A stretch of DNA of 51,779 bases, counting the filler, from Sphacelaria rigidula (lineage: Eukaryota), in the NCBI GenBank assembly GCA_964200075.2. It is 4 parts of 4 records of this genome, joined end to end, with 100 filler letters (N's around TTAATTAATTAA, not from the genome) between each part and the next. Parts side by side here need not be neighbours in the genome. Positions count along the whole stretch, not along the records: positions 1 to 12,875 come from CAXNAA020003344.1; positions 12,976 to 25,845 come from CAXNAA020003345.1; 2 more parts are not named here. The stretch is one strand, 5' to 3'. The position numbers were made by a program, and so were the translations under genes. Below the pieces are notes generated by a model, which saw only the letters and a list, made by a program, of their open reading frames with translations, was not told where the DNA came from and did no database searches. Every line of letters begins with the position of its first letter. The stretch's first letter is position 1. Below are positions 11,730 through 23,400 of this stretch, in pieces.

Positions 11730-12875
11730 TGTTGGTAAAATCGTGACTTCTGGAGAAAAATATGTATTATTGAGACCTTGGTCCGGAGAGACGGGTCGGA
11801 AAAGTGGAGTGAGCACGGCAGGTGAGCTCATGTCATCTACAAACAAGAAACTCTGGAAACCAAAGAACCAAAGACAAGTTCCGGAAACGTTCCGCAACCT
11901 CAGCAACGTTCTACATGGTTCCAGCAACGGAACTCGGACCAACGCTTTTCCTTACGTACCACAAAACGTTGGGTTGTTCCCCACACCACAAATATCATGC
12001 TCGGACTAATGCAGTATCCACAAAGAGTACTCCAACATAGGCTACAGAAAGGACCGCAAACATTCCTCGCAATTCTCACTTATGTGGCAGTTCAGCAACT
12101 TATAGATCGACAGTTCCGTTATTCAAATCGTCCAATCAGATGTTCTACGCAAATCAGTCGATACTACAGCCGCTATCACGAACACCCTCCCTTGGGGCTG
12201 TTGTATCTACCAAACCAAATATATATCAAAGAAAACAAATGACGACGCAGACTTCTACTTCTCATCTCTGGAGCCAAGGGCAAAATCACGGTGAACTTCA
12301 AAGCGATCTCTCGGCAGAGCCGTCGTGAGGATGTCCGCATGCTGTTCTTCGCTGGGAACATGCGTGATCTCAATCGCACCCTCCTCCGTCAAATTCCTAA
12401 GAAAGTGGTGCCTCACGTCATTGTGCTTACTCCTGCACGAGCTAAGCGGATTTTCTGCAAGTCCAATCGCACCACTGTTGTCCTCAAGTACCTTAATCTT
12501 ACGAGGCTTCACACTAGATCTCAAGAACTGAAGCATTCCGTTCACAAACAGGGCCTCCTTCACACCATCACCCATCGCAAGATACTCTGCTTCAGAAGTC
12601 GACTGCAAAACGCATTTCTGCGTCCTAGATATCCAAACTACAAGCATGGCAGCCACAAAAACCAACGCTCCCGCTAATTTACTACCGTCAGGGGCCTTGC
12701 TTGCAAAGTCGGCATCTACGTACACCAACGTGCCTACATTTACCGTACTGTCCTGCTTGAACTTCAGAGTTAGATGCGTCGTTTCCAGAAGATAATTCAG
12801 AATCTTCTGGGCTGCCTTCCAGTGGCTCTTCTTTGGCTCGTGAGAGTGCCTCGCCACCGCCCGCACAGCATTCGA
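11730..12875 (-). mobile_element. Ty1/Copia LTR retrotransposon, 3' end (RT C-terminus/RNase H, PPT, 3' LTR)
   Basis: ORF 12255-12866 has the Copia RNase H motifs YVDADFA, STSEAEYLA, EDNSGAI, RSKHNDVRHHFLR and QHADILT. A purine tract AAGGGAGGG is followed by TGTT at 12184. The putative ~455-bp LTR 11730-12184 ends ...ACCAACA. The element is cut by the contig end. Confidence 0.88.
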
Positions 12876-12975
12876 NNNNNNNNNNNNNNNNNNNNNNNNN
12901 NNNNNNNNNNNNNNNNNNNTTAATTAATTAANNNNNNNNNNNNNNNNNNNNNNNNNNNNNNNNNNNNNNNNNNNN
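12876..12975. other. Artificial contig-joining linker (N44-TTAATTAATTAA-N44)
   Basis: Exactly 100 bp, with a six-frame stop linker in the centre. Confidence 0.97.
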
Positions 12976-13015
12976 TCCCGATCTACCATGAGAACCCCCC
13001 CCCCCCCCCCCCTCC

Positions 13016-13128
13016 TAATGAGCGCCAGAATGTTGGAAGTGTCTCTAGTAGTAGTAGGAACGGTGCTCCGTCTCGAGAGAGATGCGTGGTCAACGGTCAA
13101 ATTACTAAGGCAAGCAGCGATGAGTACG
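13016..13128 (+). mobile_element. LINE family A 3' fragment
   Basis: taatgagcgccagaatgttggaagtgtctc...ggcaagcagcgatgagtacg, between two C-runs. Confidence 0.75.
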
Positions 13129-13162
13129 CCCCCCCTCCCCGTTCTCCCTCTCCTCCCCTCAC

Positions 13163-16100
13163 CTCTCGGACGAAGGACGTCACCCGCCTCTTGGTGTTTC
13201 CATCTGTTGTCGGAGACAAGCGCGAATTCCCTCCCAACCTACCGCTGCCCTCAACACCCCCACCGCCGTCCGCCATCCAGCCTCCAACAGTTTGCCGACG
13301 GCTGCCCTTGGCCACCTCTAGCTCGCCCGACTCTTGTTTCTCCTCCATCATTTTATCCTCGGCGGCCGCCTTCGCCGCCACGCGTGCGGCCGCCGGCGAA
13401 GCCCCCATCGCCAAAGACTCAGACGCTGCCTCCTCCGCCGCCGCCGCCGCCGCGGGGGACAAGCATTCGCCTTCCGCGGTGGTCTCCGTTAACGGTAGTT
13501 GCAACGACGCAGAGCGGCCAATCCCTCTCGATAGTCGACGCGACATTGATCGTCGTCGGATAGCCCGATTCTCCTCCGTCGGTCGTGCCGTGTTGATCGC
13601 CGCCACGCCCGCCACTGCTTGCATGCTCGCTGAAAGCACGTCGTGGACACTTCTGGATGACGTGGGGCTTCCCACGCTTCCGCCGCCGCGCATGAACCCC
13701 GTGGGAGAGCGCGACCGCCCATCTCCGACACCGCCACCGAGACCGCCCGCCCCGCTAGACCATGATCCAGGACCGCGACGGAGCAAATGACGACGACCGA
13801 CTGTACTAGTGGAGACGGGTAGTGACTCTTGAGCACCGGCAACAGCACCCGGGCGCATCCGAAAATCGGGAGCAGCCACTGCCGCTACGGCTCGTTCCTT
13901 GGCCGCGAGTTCACGCGGTGAGGCGTCCACCGAACGCGCTACGAGAGACGGCGCGGCGTCTGCGTGCATATCGGACGAAAAATACCCCGCGTCAGACGCC
14001 TCTGCATCTGATGGTGCTTGCGACGGCATCGCGTCCGAGCCTCCGGCCTCTGACGGTGGCGCACGCGATGCTACCGCTGAAAAATCCGAACACTCGCTGC
14101 CACTTCTGCCGCCTCGCGCGCCAGCGACCGATGCCTCACTGGCGCCGCCGCCGCCACCCGCGACTTCATCATGAAATCCCAACTGTAGGGGCAACGAGCC
14201 AGCAGGGCGTGGGGGTGGAGGCGGCATCGCCGATCGGCGGGAATCAAGTTCATACTCATCGAGCTGTCGATCTCGGCTCGGCGGCGGCATTGCCGATCGG
14301 CGGTGGTCGTGTCGAGGATCATCGAACCGCGGACCTCCGCTTGGCGGAGCATGGCGGCGAGCTGCCGCCGATGGTTGAGCGTAGGTCGCCGAAGCGCGGC
14401 GACGACGGTGCCAACCGGGGGACAGCGGCGGCGCTGTTTTTAGCACCTCATCAAGAATGTCGTCCCAAGCACTTCGCTGGCCTTCCGGTGATACCAACCT
14501 TGACAAACAACGAGCGATACATCGTGCATGAAAAGGCACCAATGGACGACGGCAACGGGGGTTGAGGCTAGTGGAAACACCGACCAGATTCGGAAGTAAT
14601 TCGCGTAAGTTGTTGGCATGGGGATCTTGGGCTGGGCTTGGCATGGCGCGCTGTTTTCATCTTCCAGCGTGCAGTATCCAGCTCTCGCGGTATGCTCAAG
14701 TGCCACCCAGATTGTGTGTTGCCGTCCGATTTATTCCGGGCACCAGTCTACACCTTTCGGTATACGTGAGCGCATCAGCCGGGGTCACACAGGAGGGAGA
14801 TCAACACAGGAGCGTTTTTCTTTTGATACTTGTTTTAGTACCCCACCTTCGTTCTGCGGTGCTTGCCTTTATTTTTTTACGCGAGAGGGGTTCAGCAGTC
14901 CCTTTCCCTCGTCGACCGTTGAGTCGAATTTTGTGCACCCACGACATAGCCGCCCTCCACTGTTGGGCATGGTGTGAGAAAAAATTCCAGATCGCTCTGG
15001 GAATCGAATCCCCCTACTCAACCATGAGAAGGTTACGAGGTTACCAACTGAGCCACGGGGGGGACCGGTTTTATCCCACCCCCGAAAAATAATGGCACAC
15101 GCACCGCAGCTCTCCACCCACTACAGTGTCCGTTTTCAAAATGCCTCATCCATAATTTGGATCATCCCTGGCATCTACGAGTAGTTGTTTTTTCGTGTAG
15201 TCTCCAGGTAGCAGGTAGCAAGTGCATTTTCGAACTTACCTCCCCAACCCGCACGGTACCACAACAAAACAACCGCAAACTACTGTGAACAAGGGCACGT
15301 GGAAAATATATCTGAAAATAGGGCGTACAATATAGGCGGGAGAACCTTACATTTGGCTTGATAGGAAGGTAGTGTCGCGATCGAACGCCGTGCGAGGGCT
15401 TGCCGAGGCCGACTCCCAGTACCTAGGCGAAGCCATTACCCCGGCCGGCACCACAGCCTCGTTAAACGCCCGCCCTATTCCACTCGGTGTCGACAGTCGT
15501 CTGGCACTGCCGAGCAGAGAGCTCCTCGATTCCAATCTTGCTCGGACAGCCGCTCGCGTCGCCGCGAATGCGTCCACTTCCTCGCTAATGGGGGAGGCGA
15601 TAAGTCGCAAGTCCGGAAGGTTGGGGGCCAAGCGGTGATCATCATCCAGCGGCTTAGCGATACTTCCCCTAGCGGTAGCATGACCCACCCCTGCGCCCAT
15701 TGTTCTCCTCCTAGAGGACAAGATGCGTTTATCATGGTCGCCATCGCCGTCTTCGAAAGCCTCCGCGACGAAACCGCGCATGTTCCGTAACTTTTTAGCC
15801 GCCTTATCCTGAGCCCCTCTCGCAGCCTCGTAGCCACCAGCACTACCGATACCGCCATCATCGATCTCGTCTCCATTCCCGCCCTCAATCCCTCGGTTCC
15901 CCTCCTCCGTTGAACTATCAGAGAAGCTCGAAGGTAACCGGCCAATCCGGCCTGCCGCAGAGGGGGCCATCCCCGACGGCGGCGGCGGCGTCAAGAGCTC
16001 TAAAAGTTCCTGGTTATCATCACCATCGCCAACACCAGGGGAATGAGCACAAGCACCACCATCCCCACTTGCACTAGTCCGAGGCACGGGTTGACGTGAG

Positions 16101-17321
16101 GATGAGGAGGAAGCCAACGCGACGTTGGGTGATGAAGAGGCTTCTTGCGCGACGACTGCAGCAGCAGCAGCCGACGATACTGGGGTTTCAGTGGCGGATG
16201 ATGCGGCCAGTTTACTGTCCTCGGCTGCATCAGCGAAGGCCCTCTCGACCTATTTTTCGCAGAAGACCGCATGCACGCATCGCAAGGGGGGTCGAAGCCG
16301 TGTAAATTTTCCGGGCTAAGTCATTCACCTGGAATTTCGAAGAAAAGTGTCGTGCGAAGCTCCAAAGAAAGAGGGCTGCTTTCACTTCCCGATGCACAAG
16401 TCTACTGATTACCGACAGCCAGTACGTGTACAAGATGTGGGTACACCAATGCTGGCAGTGTTGTGCAGTATTGGCACAAACGCATAATTCACACCATCTT
16501 CTTATACCATTGTGTCAGAGGAGAAGCGATCACGAGATCAAACTTGATGCACCGCTCCCCCTGTTGACAGCAGGAATGATAAGCTATTGAAATGTTGCAA
16601 GCAACACCCTAGGACTATCGTGATACACCATGCGAGTGCACGGGGTGAGCATGACGAACACCTCACTGCTGAAGAAAAAAAGTCAAAATAATTCAGGTGA
16701 AATACATCCAATATATTGAAACAGAACCGCTGTATAGCATGCACCCGTCTATTCAAGGTACCTGGGATCGTGTCCTAAGCTCCATGTCGTCCAGCTTCAG
16801 ATCTGCTTCGGCCTGAGAACCCTCAGCCAGGTAAAGCGAAGTGGCCAAAGCAACTCCCGACATCTTGATGGGTAACTTTGAGCTGGTCAGCAGTGATTTC
16901 GCAGCAGTATAGACCTGAGCGAAGTCCACGAACATAATAGGATAAAAACAGCCACGACGTGAGGGAAGCCATGAAAGCAAGAACCGCATTGCTGCATGAA
17001 AACTGTCTTCGGGCGTGCTTAGAGAATCGAAATGGTCCTTAATACGCACATTGAAGCACCATGCTCACTCACGTTTTCGAGGAAAACTACACACGAAAAC
17101 AACGCATAATGAAACTGCGGACATACCTGAGCCCACGAGGCGACAAAGTGACAAAAAGCGAAATGAAGTGGAGAAAAATCAAAACATTCCCAGTCGAAGC
17201 TTTGGGGGGGGGGGGGGGGGGGAGGGGGGTGGGGGGAAAAAAAGGGGAAAAGGGGCCAAACGACACACAAATCCGAGGGGGGGCCCCCCCCCCCCCACNN
17301 NNNNNNNNCACAAAACAGAAA

Positions 17322-17362
<41 letters not shown>

Positions 17363-17374
17363 AAACCAGCCTTG

Positions 17375-17414
<40 letters not shown>

Positions 17415-20400
17415 GCGGCTGTCGAGTATAAAATGCGAAAACGGGCCAAACGACACACGAATCCGATGGGAGGACATCTCCACGCCACACGTGCGTCAAG
17501 TACATCGAGCCGACTGCCCCACACCTTCACCCACCAACGTCATACTTCACCTCTCTCCTAGACTCCCCGCCGCCAGCAACAAACGCACGCCCCTTCCCAC
17601 TCCCTCCGGCGCGCACAGCATCCGACTTGATCGCGACGCTCATCGCCCTAACACAGCCAGCGACAGCCTTCGGCGCTGCGGCCGCAACCGCCGCCTTCTT
17701 GCTCGCCGCGGCACCTCCGTCCTCTCCCGGTGGCGGCGGGAATAATTCGTTCTCGAGTCCCCCAGCGCGCGCGGCCACGGTCAACCAAGCGCCGCGCTGC
17801 GCGAGCGCACCCACTGCCCCGCTCATGAGCACGCTCGCGGCTTCATCGGCCTTCGTTTCGACCGGACCGCGGCCGCAGCTGAGCGCGCGCTCGGCCAAGG
17901 ATGAACAAAGACAGGACGCCTCTTGGGCACCCATGCTCACACGAGCTGCGAGGTAGGCTGTGAGGGTGTCTACAGCAGCTTCTACGACCTGGGTTATGCG
18001 TCGGCAGGCGAGGTACAGGGGAAAGGTGGGCGGGCGGTGAGGGCCGGCTTATTGATTGATTGAATTGATTCGTGTCGCATTCACTAATTCACCACAAACC
18101 CAGCAGTTGCCACTGGAAATATATGCACCCCAGGGGGAAGTTAAGGAATTGCGCTCAGTCAACAACATTCCAGCGGGGGAAGGGCAAAAGAGTACACGGT
18201 GTGCAACCCACACAGACCACAACATGAAGGTGTAAAACAGACGACCAGGACTTCCGCACCTGTGGGTGGTTTGGGAGGGGCACTGTAGTCGCTAATAGGT
18301 TGCAACACCAGAAAACGAGTCTGGGGCGAGCTCGTCTGACAGGAACTTGATCGGCTTGCGTGCACCGCCGTCAAGTTCATTGATTGCAAGGGGATGTCAA
18401 TCTTAAAAATCACCATGGTACCAACGCTCAAGACCTGACACTGTGGGCTGGGCCAGGGGCATAACATGCATTACCCGGGCACACGATAACTTCTTCAGAT
18501 TTCCGAATCAGCACGATATGAGTATATCGCTGTGAACTGCAGACCAACATGGTGATGCACGATCTGCCGCTAAAAAATGTCAAAAATGTACTTCATAATA
18601 GATTACCTCAACGACGGAACCATATTCTGCGGGGGGAAAAAAAGAGGACTTTGTCAGGATTCGAACTCGAGCCATCCATGACTGGAATCTTCTGTATCAC
18701 AAAGATTACAGGGACGGAGCGGTGTCACACAAAAAGTGGAATGCCCCGCCCAGTTTTCGGAGTTTTGAGCCGTAGTTCTATCAGAATTTTCTGCAGGCAA
18801 TTGAAAATTCGTGCTCGAAGCAGAAACAGTCCTTTTTTCTCATGAAGGCATGAGAACATCCTTTTTGTCACTGAAATTTCAAATCGCTCCAACTTTCTGG
18901 GGGCATTTTCTCTGCTACTTTTGATATGTTCCGCGTATCGATGAAACTAAAAAAAATCGTGCTGAAATTTCAGCGCACCAGTCCTAGAATTAAGCGGTGG
19001 GTCACCTACCAACCTCGAGTAGGAACTGCTGACTGGCCCAGCCCGTACCAACGCTGAAAATAGGTATACACTGCCAACGCTGCAAACCATCCTACAGTAC
19101 TCTCCAAGATAAGTACTTAGTTGCTCCGATTTTTCCCCATATTTCTCCATATATGTGTTGTTTCCTGCCGATGTATAGTGTACGCCGGAGCAGTGTGGTA
19201 CATCACTCCATTGTGTTTCTTCTTGGAGGAGAGGTTCATACTCCAAGTAGAGCGGCTGTAGTAGATGGACTGAAATATTTTCCTTTCCACGGCCTGTGGT
19301 TTTCTACGAATGGTATGGATGTGGTTCGGCGCAAGACTTCATCCGCCGAAGCCATGTGGCAGAGACCGGCCATTTACTTTACTTTCCTTTTCTTCTTTTT
19401 TTTATTTATTTTCTTTATAAAATGTCTTAGTCTACCATGATATTATGTTCTACCTTTTCTGTTTCTTGTTCTTTCTTTGGCGAATGTTTTAGTTTTGTTT
19501 TGTCTCGGATCTTCCATCATGTGGCCACGGCTGGATCCCTGGGGGGTCAGTTAAAGTGCGACAATCAATCAATCGAATCAAACCATCAGTGAATCCGCTG
19601 GACAAGGGCTGTTGACCGCTGCGCCGTCTCACCTGAACGTTCTTGTCTAGCAACATGCGAGGCAACAACGGTCCAACAACTCCCACGGCGGCCTTGTCTC
19701 CATTGCAGAGGGCCTGGTTAGCATCCTGCAAAAAAAAAACGAATAAAAAAACGAGCATTGTTTTTGAACATCCGCATCGACAAGCAGGTAGCGCAACGCC
19801 GGTCTATTCGGCAATGTTTCATCAGTCGGGAGCCATCGCTTCACATTCGGCGATAGAGGGGCAAAACACAGGAGTCAGCCTGGGGCTATCGATATCCCAG
19901 CTACGGTAACGGCTCGACAAAGGCCAATCCACACCACCTGCGCACACCAACTCAAAATACAAACAGTAACTATACACATCCATGCATATACAGAACGACG
20001 AGTGCGAATCGAAGATGAACCAAATCGGACCGAGATCAAGTAACAGTGCCCCCCGCTCCCGCTCTATCATAATAAAACCCAAACCTTGAAAACGGCAAGC
20101 CGCCATTTCCATTCCCTGTGCTCCAAAGCCGCCTCCAACTCGTCAACTGACCCGCGACAGCCCTCTCCGTTCCCAGACGGCTTGGTCACCCCCGCCGGCG
20201 CAGCTTCGAGTACTCCATTATTGAGATCCGTAATTTCACCCGCATCTCTGCCCTCTCCATCTCCCGCTCCATCTGACAGAGCCCTCTTCTGCCACGGCTT
20301 CGCCGGCTGGTTTGCCCTACTAGAATTGGCCTTCGATTTCCAGGGCTTCGCCGGCGCAGCTTTGGTGGCCGCAGCTGCCTCTTCCTCGCCTCCTACCTCG

Positions 20401-23400
20401 CCGCCCATGGCAGCACCCTCACCACCGTCATCAACCGAGGGCTTTTTCTTCACGGCAGCAACACGCTTCTTCCTTTCCCACGGCTTGATCCCCACCGCCG
20501 GTGCTGCAGGTTCATCCCCGTCTGCAGCAGCAGCGGAGTCGGAAACGACGCCGTCGCCATCAGTGCTGACACCAGCAGGGGTAACATCCGTGGCAGCGCC
20601 ACCTAACGGCCGCCGGTTGCGGGCACCACCAATGGCTCGATCGTTAGGGTCTTGGGGACGGGTGCACTCTGCCTCGGCGGAAGATGCTGTTCTTTCCTGC
20701 ACACGTAATACCGTAGCCGTGTGGTCAAAAAAAGGGGGGGGGGGGGGGGGGGGGGGCAGACACTTATGCTTCGTGGTGACGTGTACCACTAGAGGACGGC
20801 GCGAGTATGAAAAAAAGGAGGAAGGCGTGTTGTTGGTGTCGGGGTGAACGACGCCGTCAAATGGCGAGTAAGTTTATATTGTTTCACCCGTGCATGACCT
20901 GGCGTTTCTGTGGATAGCAAAAATGGTCGCAACAACGACAGCAACATACTACAATGTCCGACGTATTTCGAGAATTTTCTGAGTTGGTTGCTTGCCGAAA
21001 TGAGACTGTCAATTAGAAAAATATGGCACACAACTATTGTGCACAGCAGTACATGGCACCTGCTCCGACCACAAAGCCTCCGCGGCTGCTTCGTCCTCTT
21101 CCGGTGTGAGCATCGCACCCCTTTTGTTGGCGGTCAGTACCCAGCCATCGCTCTTGCCGCGGTACGCCACACGTGCCCACAGCCCATTCATCTGTAGTGA
21201 GTGCGCCAAAACATGTACACATACATAACCAGCGTCAAATAGCACACGTGACAACATAAATATTTGAAGTATACGTCGCAGGAAAAGACGAAGATTCATA
21301 CATCGGTGATACGTATCGGGAAGACATGACGAATATCACTGCACCAACATACGCTCTTTCACAAACGCTGGATATGAGCACCGCATCCAAGAGGACAGGG
21401 ATTTCGGGACGGAAAGAAAAGACACGCAGGCAGGCAGGCAAGCAGGCAGGCAGGCAGGCAGGCGGGTGTGCCATATATTTCGCGTGATATCCTGCGGTGC
21501 ACATTAATATCATTACTGTCGTAGACTGCGTCTCGAAAGATACGCATGGCATGATTGTTGACCAACAACCATGCTCCAGCAGAGCCACCAGTATTTTTAT
21601 GAAAACACAACTCGCCCACTGACACAACCACCAATACCGATACCGAACATCCCTGGCGACGTTTTTCCTAACACGTTTCCGGAGGTCCTTCCCAAGCATG
21701 ATCGAAGAAGGTACTCCATCCTTTAATCACAGGTCTGAGCGATTTTACGTATGAGATAATAAAAACATAAGGACCTTCGACACCGACCTCGAGCACTTTG
21801 ACGATATCTCCCTTGGCAACGACCCCGAGATCCATGGCGCACGCATCGGCCTCGTCGCGAATTTTGATCGGTCTGAATGAGAGGGGCATACAGGGTGCTC
21901 GGAAAGTAAATTCAAAAGGTAGTCAGGTCGGCACGAGCTGTCCGGTCCAACGAGTAAGCGCACATGACGACGAGGGCATCACGATCAGGAACACAAACGG
22001 AACACATGGAAACAGGAAGGCGTAGGACACTAGCACCACTTCACCGGCTGTGGCGCAGAATATCAAGCATACCCCCTCCATCTACAGCTATCAGGAAGTG
22101 ATCCATCGTCCGGGTCCTTGAAAGCAATATATCTACTATATAGTCATGAACCATCGCGAAACGGAGCTTGTTGCAGTCAAGACGAAAAAAACGCTACAAA
22201 TCCACACACGTAGCACATTCCCACTCTTGACACGCACCCCATGGACGTCATGAAGCGGGAGAATGACCCCTCCACACCATCTCCGCCTACCGCTCCCTCC
22301 TCCCTGCGATCATCCCCAACACCACCACCAGTCACCGCGCCCTCCGACTTCCTTGGACCGGATATTTTCCGCTCCCCTGCATCCAAACCACCCACTTCGG
22401 TTACCGTATCTGGACGATCCGTGGGCTCTAGCAATCCGGCGGGCTTGGCTCCCGTCAACGGCCGGTCCTCGCCGCTCGGCGCCGCACTAGCCGCGGCGGC
22501 TTCTGCTTCGGCAAAGTTGGCCTTTTGCTCCGTAAACGCCAGCGCGGCAGCGGCCACGTCGCCTTCCATCGGGGACATGGTCGGGCCTCGCTTGTTGGCA
22601 GTCAGGGTCCAGCCGTCCTCTCGTCCATGGTACGCCACTCGCACCCATTTACCGTTGGTCTTTCAATGTCAATGGCATCAGCGGGGCGGGCCGTGACGAT
22701 AGGATTAGGAAGGACGAGCGGGTTCGTTCGGGAACACGGCATGAGGTAATTTCCATCACTGTGCTTGGCTTGCCTTAGTGGTACGTCCAACCAATGTGCA
22801 GGTCTACGAGCTGGGCCAGCCTAGAAACGGATTTAAGCTCTCAAAGCAATATCTCACCGACACAGACGAGTTGGGCCATGATCCGTACATCGAATTCATC
22901 TTCTAAGCCGCTCCTTATAACAGGCAAGAATAAAATCTGGAATAGTGCCTTTCTGGAGCTTTCGCGTCATCTTACGCCCCAGAAGAGAGCTAGACGGAGG
23001 TTGACACGTTGGAATGACTTGCTCTACTACTTGAGGCGGTTCCAGGACATCTTCCCATTCTCCGATGGTCGCAGTTTTTCTGTTGGCCAAACAAGAATTT
23101 TTGTCCAAGAACGGTGAAAAACAGTCGAGTCCAGAGAACAGTGGCGATTAGGGTTAGGGTTAGGGTATACTAACCTAAAAATAACCCTAACCTAAAAATA
23201 ACCCTAACCCAAAAGTAGCCCTTTTCTAGATTTGACTGTATCTTACCGTTCTTGGACAAAATTTCTTGTTCGGCCAAATGAAAACTGCGGCCATCGGAAA
23301 ACGGAGATATGTCCTGGAACCGCCTCAACGAGTAGAGCAAGTCATTCCCACGTGTCAACCTCCGCCTACCTCTCGTTTGGGGCGTAAAACGATGTAAAAG

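Noticed and set aside
12920-12931. TTAATTAATTAA palindrome as a regulatory or recombination site
   Set aside because: It is an artificial linker embedded in N-runs.
13016-13128. Hammerhead ribozyme in the dispersed repeat (ctaatgag...gaaa)
   Set aside because: There is no CUGANGA core with the required stems. The sequence is explained as the LINE ORF2 3' end.
13097-14644. Stand-alone 515-aa ORF, and likewise 15347-16117 and 20067-20789
   Set aside because: These are large internal exons of the spliced SH3b-TOG gene. The ORF ends run into intron, SINE or LINE sequence.
17200-17480. Duplicated gggccaaacgacacac.aatccga with long G, A and C runs
   Set aside because: It flanks a 10-N gap with low-quality homopolymers, so it is most likely a scaffolding or sequencing artefact. 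The same applies to 46500-46690.
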